Positions 28,777-38,123 of a stretch of DNA of 64,000 nt are shown here, piece after piece (position 1 is the stretch's first letter; the number at the start of each line of letters is the position of its first letter). The notes beneath the pieces are model-generated. The model did not search any database. It was not told where the DNA came from and saw only the letters and a program-made list of their open reading frames with translations. The DNA is taken from the NCBI GenBank assembly GCA_963722295.1, contig CAVRLB010000001.1, positions 482,708-546,707 of the forward strand, given 5' to 3'. Position numbers and translations under genes: made by a program. This stretch comes from an uncultured Actinomycetota bacterium. Its GTDB lineage: Bacteria > Actinomycetota > Actinomycetes > Propionibacteriales > Propionibacteriaceae.

Positions 28777-29867
28777 CAGGCCGCCGTGGCCGAGGCGCGA
28801 ACCGCGGACGCGATCACCGAACTGCCGACGACCCGGTCGCCGTCATAGCAGACCGCATACTGGCCGGGAGCCACCCCTGGGTAGCCCTCGTCCAGGCGCA
28901 TCACGATCTGATCCCCCTCCGTGCTGATCCAGGCGTCGCGCGGCTCGCCGTGCGCCCTGACCTGTACCTTGCCGCGCCACCGTCCGCCGCGTGCCGCTCC
29001 CGTCCAGGTCGGACGAATACCGCGCAGCTCATCGACGGCAAGATCCTCGACCGCGCCAACCGTGACCTGGCGGGATGCGGGGTCGAGCCCGACGACGTAG
29101 CGTGGCCGGCCGTCGGCGGCCGGGATACCCAGGTTGAGCCCCTTGCGCTGACCGATGGTGAACCTGAAGGTGCCCTGATGCTTGCCGAGCTGGTGTCCTT
29201 GCCCATCGACGATCGTTCCCGGAGCGTCCCCCAGCTTCTCGGCCAGGAATCCAGCGGTATTGCCGTCGGGAATGAAGCAGATGTCGTTCGAATCCGGCTT
29301 GTCGGCGACCGCCAGGCCGAGGTCGGCGGCCTCCGCCCGTACCTCGGACTTCAGCGAGTCGCCCAAGGGGAACAGCGAATGTGCCAGCTGATACTGGTCG
29401 AGCACGCCGAGCACATACGACTGGTCCTTGCCCGGATCTCGAGAGCGCCTGAGCTCCAGGCCATCGGAACCATTCCGCAGCCGAGCATAGTGCCCTGTGG
29501 CGACCGCGTCATAGCCCAGGGCGATCCCCTTGGCGAGCAGCGCGGCAAACTTGATCCGCTCGTTGCAGCGCAGGCACGGGTTCGGAGTTCGGCCCGCGGC
29601 GTATTCGTCCAAGAAGTCGCCGATGACATCGTCGGCGAAGCGGTCGGAGAAGTCCCAGACGTAGAAGTCGATGCCCAGCTTGTCGGCCACCCGGCGGGCA
29701 TCGTGAACGTCGGCCAGCGAGCAGCAGCCCCGCGAACCCACCCGCTGCGCCAACGGGGTGCGCGACAACGCGAGATGAACTCCGGTCACCTCGTGGCCCG
29801 CGGCAATCAGACGGGCGGTGGCAACCGAAGAATCGACGCCACCCGACATCGCCGACAACACTCGCAT
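28776..29867 (-). CDS. mnmA: tRNA 2-thiouridine(34) synthase, 363 aa
   Basis: PP-loop LSAMSGGVDSSVA; NPCLRCN; QSYVL. Confidence 0.92.
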   Translation of the reverse strand: MRVLSAMSGGVDSSVATARLIAAGHEVTGVHLALSRTPLAQRVGSRGCCSLADVHDARRVADKLGIDFYVWDFSDRFADDVIGDFLDEYAAGRTPNPCLRCNERIKFAALLAKGIALGYDAVATGHYARLRNGSDGLELRRSRDPGKDQSYVLGVLDQYQLAHSLFPLGDSLKSEVRAEAADLGLAVADKPDSNDICFIPDGNTAGFLAEKLGDAPGTIVDGQGHQLGKHQGTFRFTIGQRKGLNLGIPAADGRPRYVVGLDPASRQVTVGAVEDLAVDELRGIRPTWTGAARGGRWRGKVQVRAHGEPRDAWISTEGDQIVMRLDEGYPGVAPGQYAVCYDGDRVVGSSVIASAVRASATAA

Positions 29868-29947
29868 CTGAATAGCTCCTTCGTCGCAACGCTTTACGCG
29901 TCAACCAGTCTAGGGCTCCTCCTGAAGGCCGCCCACAGCCGCCGTTG

Positions 29948-31117
29948 TCAATGCGGGACCCGGCGGGCCCTGGTGACCGCACCGGGCAGTTCCGCGATGA
30001 GCCGATCGATCCCGGCTTGGGTGGTCGTCCAGCCGAGACTGAATCGGACGCCCTCGCGAGCTGCCCGGTCGTCTCGTCCCATCGCCAGCAGCACCTCGCT
30101 GGGCCCATGCACCCCTGCCCGGCAGGCCGAGCCGGTGGAGCACCAGATCTGCTGCTGGTCGAGCACGAACATGACATCGTCGGCCGACGCTCCCGCGAAG
30201 CCGAGATTGACGATCGCTGGGCTTGCCGGACCTGCACCGTTGACGCACGCACCCGGAATCCGCCGGGCGGCCGAGACAAGCTGCTGCTTGAACCCCGCCA
30301 GCCGCGCGCTCTGGGTGTCCCGCTGTTCGGCCATCTCTCGAGCGGCCGCAGCGAATCCGGCCGCCAGCAGCACCGATTGCGTCCCCGACCGGATTCCGCC
30401 CTCCTGGTTGCCCCCCAGCCCGTGCGGCGGCAGTTGAATGCCGCGACGCACCAGCAGTGCGCCCACACCGACCGGTCCCCCGATCTTGTGCGCGGAGATG
30501 CTCAGCAGCTCAACTCCCAGGTCGGCGAAGTTCACCGGATGGTGACCGAAGGCCTGTACCGCGTCCGTGTGAAACCAGGCTCCCGCGCGGTGCGCGGCCT
30601 CGGTGAATCGGGCGATCGGCTGAATGGTCCCGACCTCGTTGTTGATCAGCATCACGCTGGCCAGCCCCACCGGCCCTGCGGGGTGTTCGGTGAGCAGCCG
30701 CGTGAGGTCATCGTGCAGCACGTGCCCGCTCTCGTCCAGCCCGGCGGCCTGCACCCGTGGCCCCAGCACCGTCTGAGACGACTGCACGGCGGGGTGCTCG
30801 AATCCGCTGATCACCATTCCCGGACGCTGGTCCGCCCATCGACGAGCCGAACCCAGCACGGCGATCGCGTCTGCCTCGCTCCCGCCCGAGGTGAAGACGA
30901 CCTCGTCGGGGTGGGCACCGAGCAGCGCCGCGAGTTCTTCGCGGGAGTCCTCGAGCAATGCCCGGGCTGCGCGCCCGGCACCGTGCAGAGCGGCCGGATT
31001 GCCCACCAGATCTGCCACGGCGGCCAAGGCAGCACGGCTTGCCGGGCGAAGCGGCGAGGTCGCCGCGTGATCCAGATAGACCGGTTCCGCCGGGAGCTTA
31101 CGATCGGATTTGATCAT
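29948..31117 (-). CDS. Cysteine desulfurase (class V aminotransferase, NifS/IscS-like), 389 aa
   Basis: PLP-lysine motif SISAHKIGGP and C-terminal active-site STGSACRAG. Confidence 0.88.
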   Translation of the reverse strand: MIKSDRKLPAEPVYLDHAATSPLRPASRAALAAVADLVGNPAALHGAGRAARALLEDSREELAALLGAHPDEVVFTSGGSEADAIAVLGSARRWADQRPGMVISGFEHPAVQSSQTVLGPRVQAAGLDESGHVLHDDLTRLLTEHPAGPVGLASVMLINNEVGTIQPIARFTEAAHRAGAWFHTDAVQAFGHHPVNFADLGVELLSISAHKIGGPVGVGALLVRRGIQLPPHGLGGNQEGGIRSGTQSVLLAAGFAAAAREMAEQRDTQSARLAGFKQQLVSAARRIPGACVNGAGPASPAIVNLGFAGASADDVMFVLDQQQIWCSTGSACRAGVHGPSEVLLAMGRDDRAAREGVRFSLGWTTTQAGIDRLIAELPGAVTRARRVPH

Positions 31118-31224
31118 GGATGCCTAACTTGCTGCAACGCTATATCATTCTTCCCCTAGGGTAATTGACTCAAACATCGGCGCAAACGTGGAGCAGCCGA
31201 TGACAGGCGAACAAGGAGTGTGGC

Positions 31225-33357
31225 ATGCCGACTGACGCCTCGGGTATGCCCGGCACGCATCTGGCAAGCGATGGCTGTCAGTTTCGACTGCCTGCGCCGC
31301 GCGCCAAGGCCGTCGAACTCGTGCTGCTGGACGCCGACATGCACCAGCGAACCTTCCCGATGTCGGTGCTGGACGGCAGCTGGTACGCAAAGGTTGCAGA
31401 TATACATCCCGGCCAACGCTACGGCTACCGGGTATACGGCGAGTGGAACCCTGCGGCGGGATTGCGTGACAATCCTGCCAAGCTGCTGGTCGATCCGTAC
31501 GCCCGTGCCATCACCAGCGGCGTCGACTACCTCGGACCGGTACGCGATCATTTGCCGGACGCCCGTGACACGATGGACGAGCGCGATTCCTTCGCCGCAG
31601 TGCCGCTGTCGGTCGTGGTGTCACGAAGCCCACGTCCGACCCCGATCGCTCGCCGCCGCCCGCTCAGTGAATCGGTGATATACGAGGTCCACGTCAAGGG
31701 CATGACCCGGCTTCATCCCGATGTTCCCGAACACCTGCGCGGAACCTATGCCGGACTCGCCTATCCCGCGGTGATCGATCATCTGAAGCGGCTGGGCGTG
31801 ACGGCAGTCGAGCTGCTGCCGGTGCAGCACTTCGTCACCGAATCGGCCATCGCCGGACGCGGCAAGACGAACTACTGGGGCTACTCCACGCTCGGCTTCT
31901 TCGCGCCGCACGCCGCCTACTGTTCGGTGGGCACCACCGGTGAGCAGGTCGACGAGTTCAAGGCGATGGTCTCGGCCCTGCACAGCGCCGGCATCGAGGT
32001 CATTCTCGACGTCGTCTACAACCACACCTGCGAAGGCGGGGTGGATGGCCCGACCCTGTGCTTCAGGGGGATCGATCACCGCGACTACTACCGGCTGAAC
32101 GCCGATATGGGCAGCAACTTCGACGTCACCGGATGCGGCAACTCGCTCGATACCTCGAAGCCCGACGTACTCGCCCTGGTACTTGACTCGATGCGCTACT
32201 GGGTGACCGAGATGGGCGTCGACGGCTTCCGCTTCGATCTGGCGACCACGCTGATCCGCGACAGCAATCACAACGTCGATCAGAATCATCCGTTCAAGCG
32301 CGTCATTGCCGATGACCCAGCGTTTGCGGGCATCAAGATGATCGCCGAACCCTGGGACGTGGGCCCGTTCGGCTATCAGGTTGGACGCTTCGGTCGTGGC
32401 TGGAGCGAATGGAACGATCGGTATCGCGGTTTCATGCGCGACTACTGGCGCGGTGTCTTCGACGTCCAAGAGTTTGCGACCCGGCTGACCGGATCAGCGG
32501 ACCTCTTCGACGGATCGGATCGTCCGCCGTCGGCCAGCGTCAACTTCATCACCGCGCACGATGGGTTCACCATGCGCGATCTGGTCACGTATAACCACAA
32601 GCACAACGAAGCCAACGGCGAGCACAATCGCGATGGTTCTGACGACAACCGCTCGTGGAACTGCGGTGTCGAGGGTGAGACCCTCGACACTGAAATCAAC
32701 GCCCTGCGTCGCCGCCAGGTGCGCAATCTGATGGCCACGTTGTTGCTCTCGCGCGGAGTACCGATGATCACCGCAGGTGACGAGATGGGGCGCACCCAGC
32801 TGGGCAACAACAACGCCTATTGTCAAGACACCCCGATCAGCTGGGTCGACTGGAAGCTCGCCGAGGACTGGGCCGGGCTGACCGAATTGACCGCAGACCT
32901 GACTAAGCTGCGGGCGACCTCCCGATTGCTGACCTACGACGACTATCTCTACCGCAGCGAGATTCTCGACGCACACGGGCAGTCACTGCAGCGCTACAAC
33001 CTGGCCTGGATGAACGGCTATTCAGGCGAGATGCAGACCCACGATTGGCAGGACAACGGACGCCGGCTGCTCGGCATGTACCTGTCGAGCCGCACCGAGG
33101 CCCTGCTGATCTGGTTCTATTCCGGAGCGCATCCCATCCACGTCACGATGCCCGGCAGTCCCTGGGGCTGGGGTTACACATTGGCCGCCTCTACCGCGGA
33201 ACCCGGCGAGTTGCCCACGATCGATCTGCTGCCCGGCGACTCCATGACGCTGCCCGGACGCACCGTAGTGGTCCTGAAGGTCAAGGTGCCGTCGGACGAG
33301 AAGACCCTGCGCAAGGCGATGAAGTCATTGACGCGCGGTGGTCGACGCGAGGCCTGA
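31225..33357 (+). CDS. glgX: Glycogen debranching enzyme, 710 aa
   Basis: GH13 motifs YWGY, DVVYNHT, GFRFDLA, EPWD, FITAHDGF. SD AAGGAG 8 nt upstream. Confidence 0.92.
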   Translation: MPTDASGMPGTHLASDGCQFRLPAPRAKAVELVLLDADMHQRTFPMSVLDGSWYAKVADIHPGQRYGYRVYGEWNPAAGLRDNPAKLLVDPYARAITSGVDYLGPVRDHLPDARDTMDERDSFAAVPLSVVVSRSPRPTPIARRRPLSESVIYEVHVKGMTRLHPDVPEHLRGTYAGLAYPAVIDHLKRLGVTAVELLPVQHFVTESAIAGRGKTNYWGYSTLGFFAPHAAYCSVGTTGEQVDEFKAMVSALHSAGIEVILDVVYNHTCEGGVDGPTLCFRGIDHRDYYRLNADMGSNFDVTGCGNSLDTSKPDVLALVLDSMRYWVTEMGVDGFRFDLATTLIRDSNHNVDQNHPFKRVIADDPAFAGIKMIAEPWDVGPFGYQVGRFGRGWSEWNDRYRGFMRDYWRGVFDVQEFATRLTGSADLFDGSDRPPSASVNFITAHDGFTMRDLVTYNHKHNEANGEHNRDGSDDNRSWNCGVEGETLDTEINALRRRQVRNLMATLLLSRGVPMITAGDEMGRTQLGNNNAYCQDTPISWVDWKLAEDWAGLTELTADLTKLRATSRLLTYDDYLYRSEILDAHGQSLQRYNLAWMNGYSGEMQTHDWQDNGRRLLGMYLSSRTEALLIWFYSGAHPIHVTMPGSPWGWGYTLAASTAEPGELPTIDLLPGDSMTLPGRTVVVLKVKVPSDEKTLRKAMKSLTRGGRREA

Positions 33358-33367
33358 TGCCCCAGAC

Positions 33368-33404
33368 GCACGGGGCCACCGCCTTCCGGACGACGGCCCC
33401 GTGC
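33368..33404. terminator. Hairpin between convergent glgX and glgP (candidate bidirectional terminator)
   Basis: GCACGGGGCC (33368-33377) pairs with GGCCCCGTGC (33395-33404): 10-bp perfect stem, 17-nt loop, no clear T-tract. Confidence 0.45.
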
Positions 33405-33426
33405 GACACTACCGCTGCGTCACGCC

Positions 33427-35982
33427 CTACTCGGCCAGTGCAGCCAGACCCAGCTCGGCGGTGCTTGCCAGCAGCGGATGATAGGGCACCACACGCACCG
33501 TGTAACCGATCAAACCCGCCGCCTTGCTGACATCGGTCAGCCTGAACAGCACGTTGTCATCGGACGAATCCTCGCCGGCCAGCTCGAACCGGTCGATCTG
33601 CACGTTGCGCAGTTCGTCGACGGCATCCACCTCACCGCTGACCAGTTCCACGGCCACATCCGAGGGCGACAGCCCGTTCAGCCGGACGGCCGCCTCGACG
33701 ACGTGGCTCGACCCGACCTCAACAGTCTCGGGCAGTCGCGACTCGACTCGAGCGACCGCCACACCCGGCCATGCCGCACGCACCTTCTGCTTCCAGAAGG
33801 CCAACTCGGTCGCCGTGCCGTTACAGGCAACCCGCCCCGCGGACGCGGCCGCCGGCGTGTAGTACTTCTTGACGTAATCCCTGACCATGCGGGTGGCACG
33901 GACCTTGGGACCCAGGCCGGCAATGGTCTTGCGCATCATGTCGACCCAGGCGGTCGGAATGCCGTTGGAGTCGCGGGTGTAGAACCTCGGGACAATCTCG
34001 CGCTCGATGAGTTCGTACAGGGATTCGGCCTCCGCGGCATCCCGCTCCATCTGGTTGCCGAGCATCTCCACCGACGGAATCGCCCAGCCGAAGTCCGGGT
34101 CATACCACTCGTCCCACCAGCCGTCGCGGATCGACAGGTTGAAGCCCATATTCAGCGCGGCCTTCATACCCGACGTACCGCACGCCTCCAGCGGACGCAA
34201 CGGGTTGTTCAACCAGACGTCACAACCCGGATACAGCGGCTTGGCGAGCGAAATGTCGTAGTCGGGCAGGAAGACGAGCCTGCCGCGCACGTCGTCCTGA
34301 TCGGCGAACTGCACCATCTGCTGGATGAGGCCCTTACCGATGTCATCGGCCGGATGTGCCTTGCCCGCGATGACGATCTGGATCGGGGTCTCCGGATGGT
34401 TGAGCAGCGCCTTGAGGCGCTCCGGTTGGCTCAGCATCAGCGTCAGCCGCTTGTAGGACGCGCCGCGGCGCGCGAATCCGATGGTCAGCGTGTGCGGATT
34501 GAGCGCCGTTGAGACCCAGTCGGCGCTCATGCCGCGTGCTGCGGCGCTGGCCGCCAGGCGTTCCCGGGCCATCGTGATCATCTGGCCGCGCATCCGGCGC
34601 TTCATCGTCCAGATCTCGCTGCCATCGAGGCGATCCAGTGCGTGCCAGTCCCAGCCGTCCCTGATGCCGGCGGCATCGTCCACCGGCGATTCGAGCAGAT
34701 GCTGCAGTTCGGGATGCACCCAGGTGTGGCCGTGCACACCATTGGTGACCGACCCGATCGGCACCTCGCTGACATCGAAACCAGGCCACAGCTGCTGGAA
34801 CATCTGCCGGCTGACCTCGCCATGCAGTTCGGAAACACCATTCGCCCGCTGGCTCAACCTCAATCCCATCACGGCCATGTTGAACCGCGACGGATCGCCA
34901 CCCGAGAAGTTCTCGGCGCCCAGGCCCAGCACGCGATCGATCGGGAGCGGCGTGAACGACTCGAACTGCGAACGCACCTGGTCCATGCCGAACCGGTCGA
35001 TGCCGGCCGGCACCGGCGTGTGGGTGGTGAACAGGGTGCCCGCGCGCACCTGCTCGACCGCCGAATCGTAGCTCTCGTGCTCATTCACCATTCGCTCGCG
35101 GATGCGTTCCAAGCCCATGAAGACGGCGTGGCCCTCATTGGCGTGATAGACCACCGGTACGGAATGGCCGGTGACCCGGCAGAACTCACGCAGCGCACGC
35201 ACGCCGCCGACACCGAGCAGCACTTCCTGGGCGAGCCTGTGGTCGGAGCCACCGCCATAGAGCTTGTCGGTGATCAGCCGCTCGCGCTCACTGTTCACCT
35301 CGAGGTTGGTATCCATCAAGACCAGCGGAACCCGTCCTACATTGGCGACCCACAGCTGCGCCTGCACGGGCACCCCACGGATTTCGACCTCGATGATCAC
35401 CGGCGCGCCGTCGGCATCGGTGAGCATCGCAATCGGCAGTTCGTTGGGGTCAAGCAGGGGGTATCGCTCCTGCTGCCAGCCTGCAGTGTTCAGGGACTGA
35501 ATGAAGTAGCCGTGGTGGTAAAGCAGACCGACACCGATCAGTGGCAGACCGAGATCGGACGCCGACTTCAGATGGTCGCCTGCCAAGATGCCCAGGCCGC
35601 CCGAGTACTGCGGGAGTACCTCCGAAATGCCGAACTCGGCCGAGAAGTAACCGATCGTCTTCGGTGCCTCGGGGTTGGCCGCCGCCCAGGTCTGATACCA
35701 GCGTTCACCCGTCAGATACTCGGTCAGGTCATCGCGGATCAGTTCGAGCCTTCGGACGAAACGCCGATCATGCGACAACGCTTCGAGCCGCTCGGGGCTC
35801 ACCTGGGAGAGCATCTTCAGCGGATTGCCGCCGGTGCTCACCCACAGATCGGGGTCCACCGCGCGGAAGACCTCCTGAGTATCGGGATGCCAGCTCCAGC
35901 GCAGGTTACGCGCAAGATCGCCGAGAGGCCGCAGCGGCTCGGGTAGCACAGGCTGAACTATGAATCGTCGAATGGCACGCAC
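33427..35982 (-). CDS. glgP: Alpha-1,4-glucan (glycogen/maltodextrin) phosphorylase, 851 aa
   Basis: GT35 actinobacterial type: YFSAEFG, GGLGILAGDHLKSASD, PLP-lysine motif EACGTSGMKAALN. Confidence 0.9.
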   Translation of the reverse strand: MRAIRRFIVQPVLPEPLRPLGDLARNLRWSWHPDTQEVFRAVDPDLWVSTGGNPLKMLSQVSPERLEALSHDRRFVRRLELIRDDLTEYLTGERWYQTWAAANPEAPKTIGYFSAEFGISEVLPQYSGGLGILAGDHLKSASDLGLPLIGVGLLYHHGYFIQSLNTAGWQQERYPLLDPNELPIAMLTDADGAPVIIEVEIRGVPVQAQLWVANVGRVPLVLMDTNLEVNSERERLITDKLYGGGSDHRLAQEVLLGVGGVRALREFCRVTGHSVPVVYHANEGHAVFMGLERIRERMVNEHESYDSAVEQVRAGTLFTTHTPVPAGIDRFGMDQVRSQFESFTPLPIDRVLGLGAENFSGGDPSRFNMAVMGLRLSQRANGVSELHGEVSRQMFQQLWPGFDVSEVPIGSVTNGVHGHTWVHPELQHLLESPVDDAAGIRDGWDWHALDRLDGSEIWTMKRRMRGQMITMARERLAASAAARGMSADWVSTALNPHTLTIGFARRGASYKRLTLMLSQPERLKALLNHPETPIQIVIAGKAHPADDIGKGLIQQMVQFADQDDVRGRLVFLPDYDISLAKPLYPGCDVWLNNPLRPLEACGTSGMKAALNMGFNLSIRDGWWDEWYDPDFGWAIPSVEMLGNQMERDAAEAESLYELIEREIVPRFYTRDSNGIPTAWVDMMRKTIAGLGPKVRATRMVRDYVKKYYTPAAASAGRVACNGTATELAFWKQKVRAAWPGVAVARVESRLPETVEVGSSHVVEAAVRLNGLSPSDVAVELVSGEVDAVDELRNVQIDRFELAGEDSSDDNVLFRLTDVSKAAGLIGYTVRVVPYHPLLASTAELGLAALAE

Positions 35983-36101
35983 CTCGTCAGGCTAGTGGAG
36001 GTCCGCGCCCTGGCTCAAACGTTTCACTCTTTGTCGAAAAAAGCTTCCTGAGTCTGCCCATCTGCTCGCTAGCAAGGCGATCGGCCGCTAGCGTTGCTCA
36101 C

Positions 36102-38111
36102 GTGAGTGACCTCGACAACGTATGCCACAAGGCCACGTCCCGATTTGACGAGTTCAAGTTCGGACGACTACCGATCGGGAAGATATCCCCGGTCATCGAA
36201 CATGGCGCCTACCCGGCCAAGGCTGTGGAAGGCGAGCAGTTCCCGATTTCCACGCGTGTTTACCGCGAAGGCCATGACAAGGTCGGCGCGACGGTGGTGT
36301 TGACCAGCGCGGATGGCCAGACCTCGCGGGTCGACATGGCGCAGATCTGGCCGGCCGGCCTCGACATCTGGCAGGTCTGGGTGCGTCTGGACACGCCCGG
36401 CGACTGGACGTTTCGTATCGAGGGATGGGCCGACGACTGGCACACCTGGCAGCACAATGCAGATGCCAAGCTGGCCGCCGACATGGACATTGAGTTGGTC
36501 TGCGTGGAAGGCCACGACCTGTTCTCCGATGCCGCTCCCCGTGCCCGCGCCGCAGGCGCCGAGGCCGCAGCGGTCGTGATCGAGGCGGCCGACGCCGGCC
36601 TCAAGCCGAGCCGTCCCGCCGATCAGTTGCGCGCACTGGCGCTGGCCGATGATCTTGACGCAGCGATGACCCGCTTCGGACGGCGCCGCATGATCACTCC
36701 CAGCGTCGAGTACCCCATTCAGGTCGACCGCAAACGGGCGCTGTATGCCAGCTGGTACGAGTTCTTCCCACGCTCCCAAGGTGCGGCGCGCGATCCGCAC
36801 ACCGGTGAATGGCACTCGGGTACCTTCAAGGATTGCTACCCGATTCTCGAGCACATCGCCGAGATGGGCTTCGATGTCGCTTACGTGCCCCCGATCCATC
36901 CGGTGGGACGCCAGTTCCGCAAGGGTCCCAACAACTCCCTGACCGCCGGCCCGAACGATCCGGGCTCGCCATGGGCGGTGGGCGGGCCTGAGGGCGGTCA
37001 CGACGCGATCCATCCGGATTTGGGCACCATCGAAGATTTCGATGCCTTCGTCGACAAGGCCAAGTCCGTTGGTCTGGAGGTTGCGATCGACTTCGCGCTG
37101 CAGGCCTCCCCCGATCATCCGTGGGTCACCGAGCATCCGGAGTGGTTCACCACCAGGCTGGACGGCACCATCGCGTATGCCGAGAATCCTCCGAAGAAGT
37201 ACCAGGACATCTACCCGATCAACTTCGACAACGACCCTGAGGGCATGTACCACGAGGCGTTGCGGCTGATCGAGTACTGGATTGAGCACGGCGTGACCAT
37301 CTTCCGCGTCGACAACCCGCACACGAAGCCGCTGAACTTCTGGGATTGGCTGACCAGTCAGGTGCATGCGAAGCATCCCGAGGTGATCTTCTTCGCCGAG
37401 GCGTTCAGCCGTCCAGAGGTCATGCAGACGCTCGGCAAGGCCGGCTTCCACATGAGCTACACCTACTTCACCTGGCGCTTCACCAGGAAGGAACTCGGCG
37501 ACTATCTGACGGAGCTGGCCACCCAGACCGCAGACTTCATGCGTCCGAACTTCTTCGTCAATACTCCCGATATCAACCCGCTCTCGGTACGGTCGGGAGC
37601 ACCTGCGGCCTTCGCGATCCGGTTGATCCTGGCATCGATGATGAGCCCATTGTGGGGCATCTACCAGGGCTTTGAGCAGTTCGAGTTCGAGCCCTTCAAG
37701 GCTGGCGGTGAGGAGTATCTGAACTCCGAGAAGTACGAGTATCGTCCGCGCGACTTCACTGCCAAGCCGAACCTCAACGAGTTGATGACTCGGCTGAATG
37801 AGATTCGTCGTGAGCACCCCGCGTTGCAGCAGCTTCGCCGCAGCACTGTGCTTGCGACCAACTCCGATGAGATCTTCGCGTTCGCGAAGAACGACGGCGA
37901 CGACAACGTCATCGTCGTTTGCAGCCTCGACCCGCATGAGACGGTGAGTGGCGAAGTAACTGTGGACCTCAAGGACTTCGGCATCGACTCCGAGACCTTC
38001 GATGTCCATGACGAACTGACCGGGGCAGACTTCGTCTGGGGGACGCGCAACTTCGTCCTCTTGGACCCCGCACGTCCGGCCCATATTCTCACTGTCCGCG
38101 CGCATCGCTGA
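36102..38111 (+). CDS. glgE: Alpha-1,4-glucan:maltose-1-phosphate maltosyltransferase, 669 aa
   Basis: N-terminal GRLPIGKISPVIEHGAYPAKAVEGEQFPISTRVYREGHD; SWYEFFPRS; GFDVAYVPPIHP; FRVDNPHTKP. GTG start with no obvious SD, so the start is uncertain. Confidence 0.9.
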   Translation: MSDLDNVCHKATSRFDEFKFGRLPIGKISPVIEHGAYPAKAVEGEQFPISTRVYREGHDKVGATVVLTSADGQTSRVDMAQIWPAGLDIWQVWVRLDTPGDWTFRIEGWADDWHTWQHNADAKLAADMDIELVCVEGHDLFSDAAPRARAAGAEAAAVVIEAADAGLKPSRPADQLRALALADDLDAAMTRFGRRRMITPSVEYPIQVDRKRALYASWYEFFPRSQGAARDPHTGEWHSGTFKDCYPILEHIAEMGFDVAYVPPIHPVGRQFRKGPNNSLTAGPNDPGSPWAVGGPEGGHDAIHPDLGTIEDFDAFVDKAKSVGLEVAIDFALQASPDHPWVTEHPEWFTTRLDGTIAYAENPPKKYQDIYPINFDNDPEGMYHEALRLIEYWIEHGVTIFRVDNPHTKPLNFWDWLTSQVHAKHPEVIFFAEAFSRPEVMQTLGKAGFHMSYTYFTWRFTRKELGDYLTELATQTADFMRPNFFVNTPDINPLSVRSGAPAAFAIRLILASMMSPLWGIYQGFEQFEFEPFKAGGEEYLNSEKYEYRPRDFTAKPNLNELMTRLNEIRREHPALQQLRRSTVLATNSDEIFAFAKNDGDDNVIVVCSLDPHETVSGEVTVDLKDFGIDSETFDVHDELTGADFVWGTRNFVLLDPARPAHILTVRAHR

Positions 38112-38123
38112 AAGCAGGAAGAC

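Noticed and set aside
28659-31159. Plus-strand ORFs 28659..30437 (592 aa) and 29945..31159 (404 aa)
   Set aside because: They lie antisense to mnmA (PP-loop motif) and the cysteine desulfurase (PLP-lysine motif).
33478-35946. Plus-strand ORFs 33478..34512 and 34642..35946
   Set aside because: They lie antisense to glgP, which carries the phosphorylase PLP-lysine motif.
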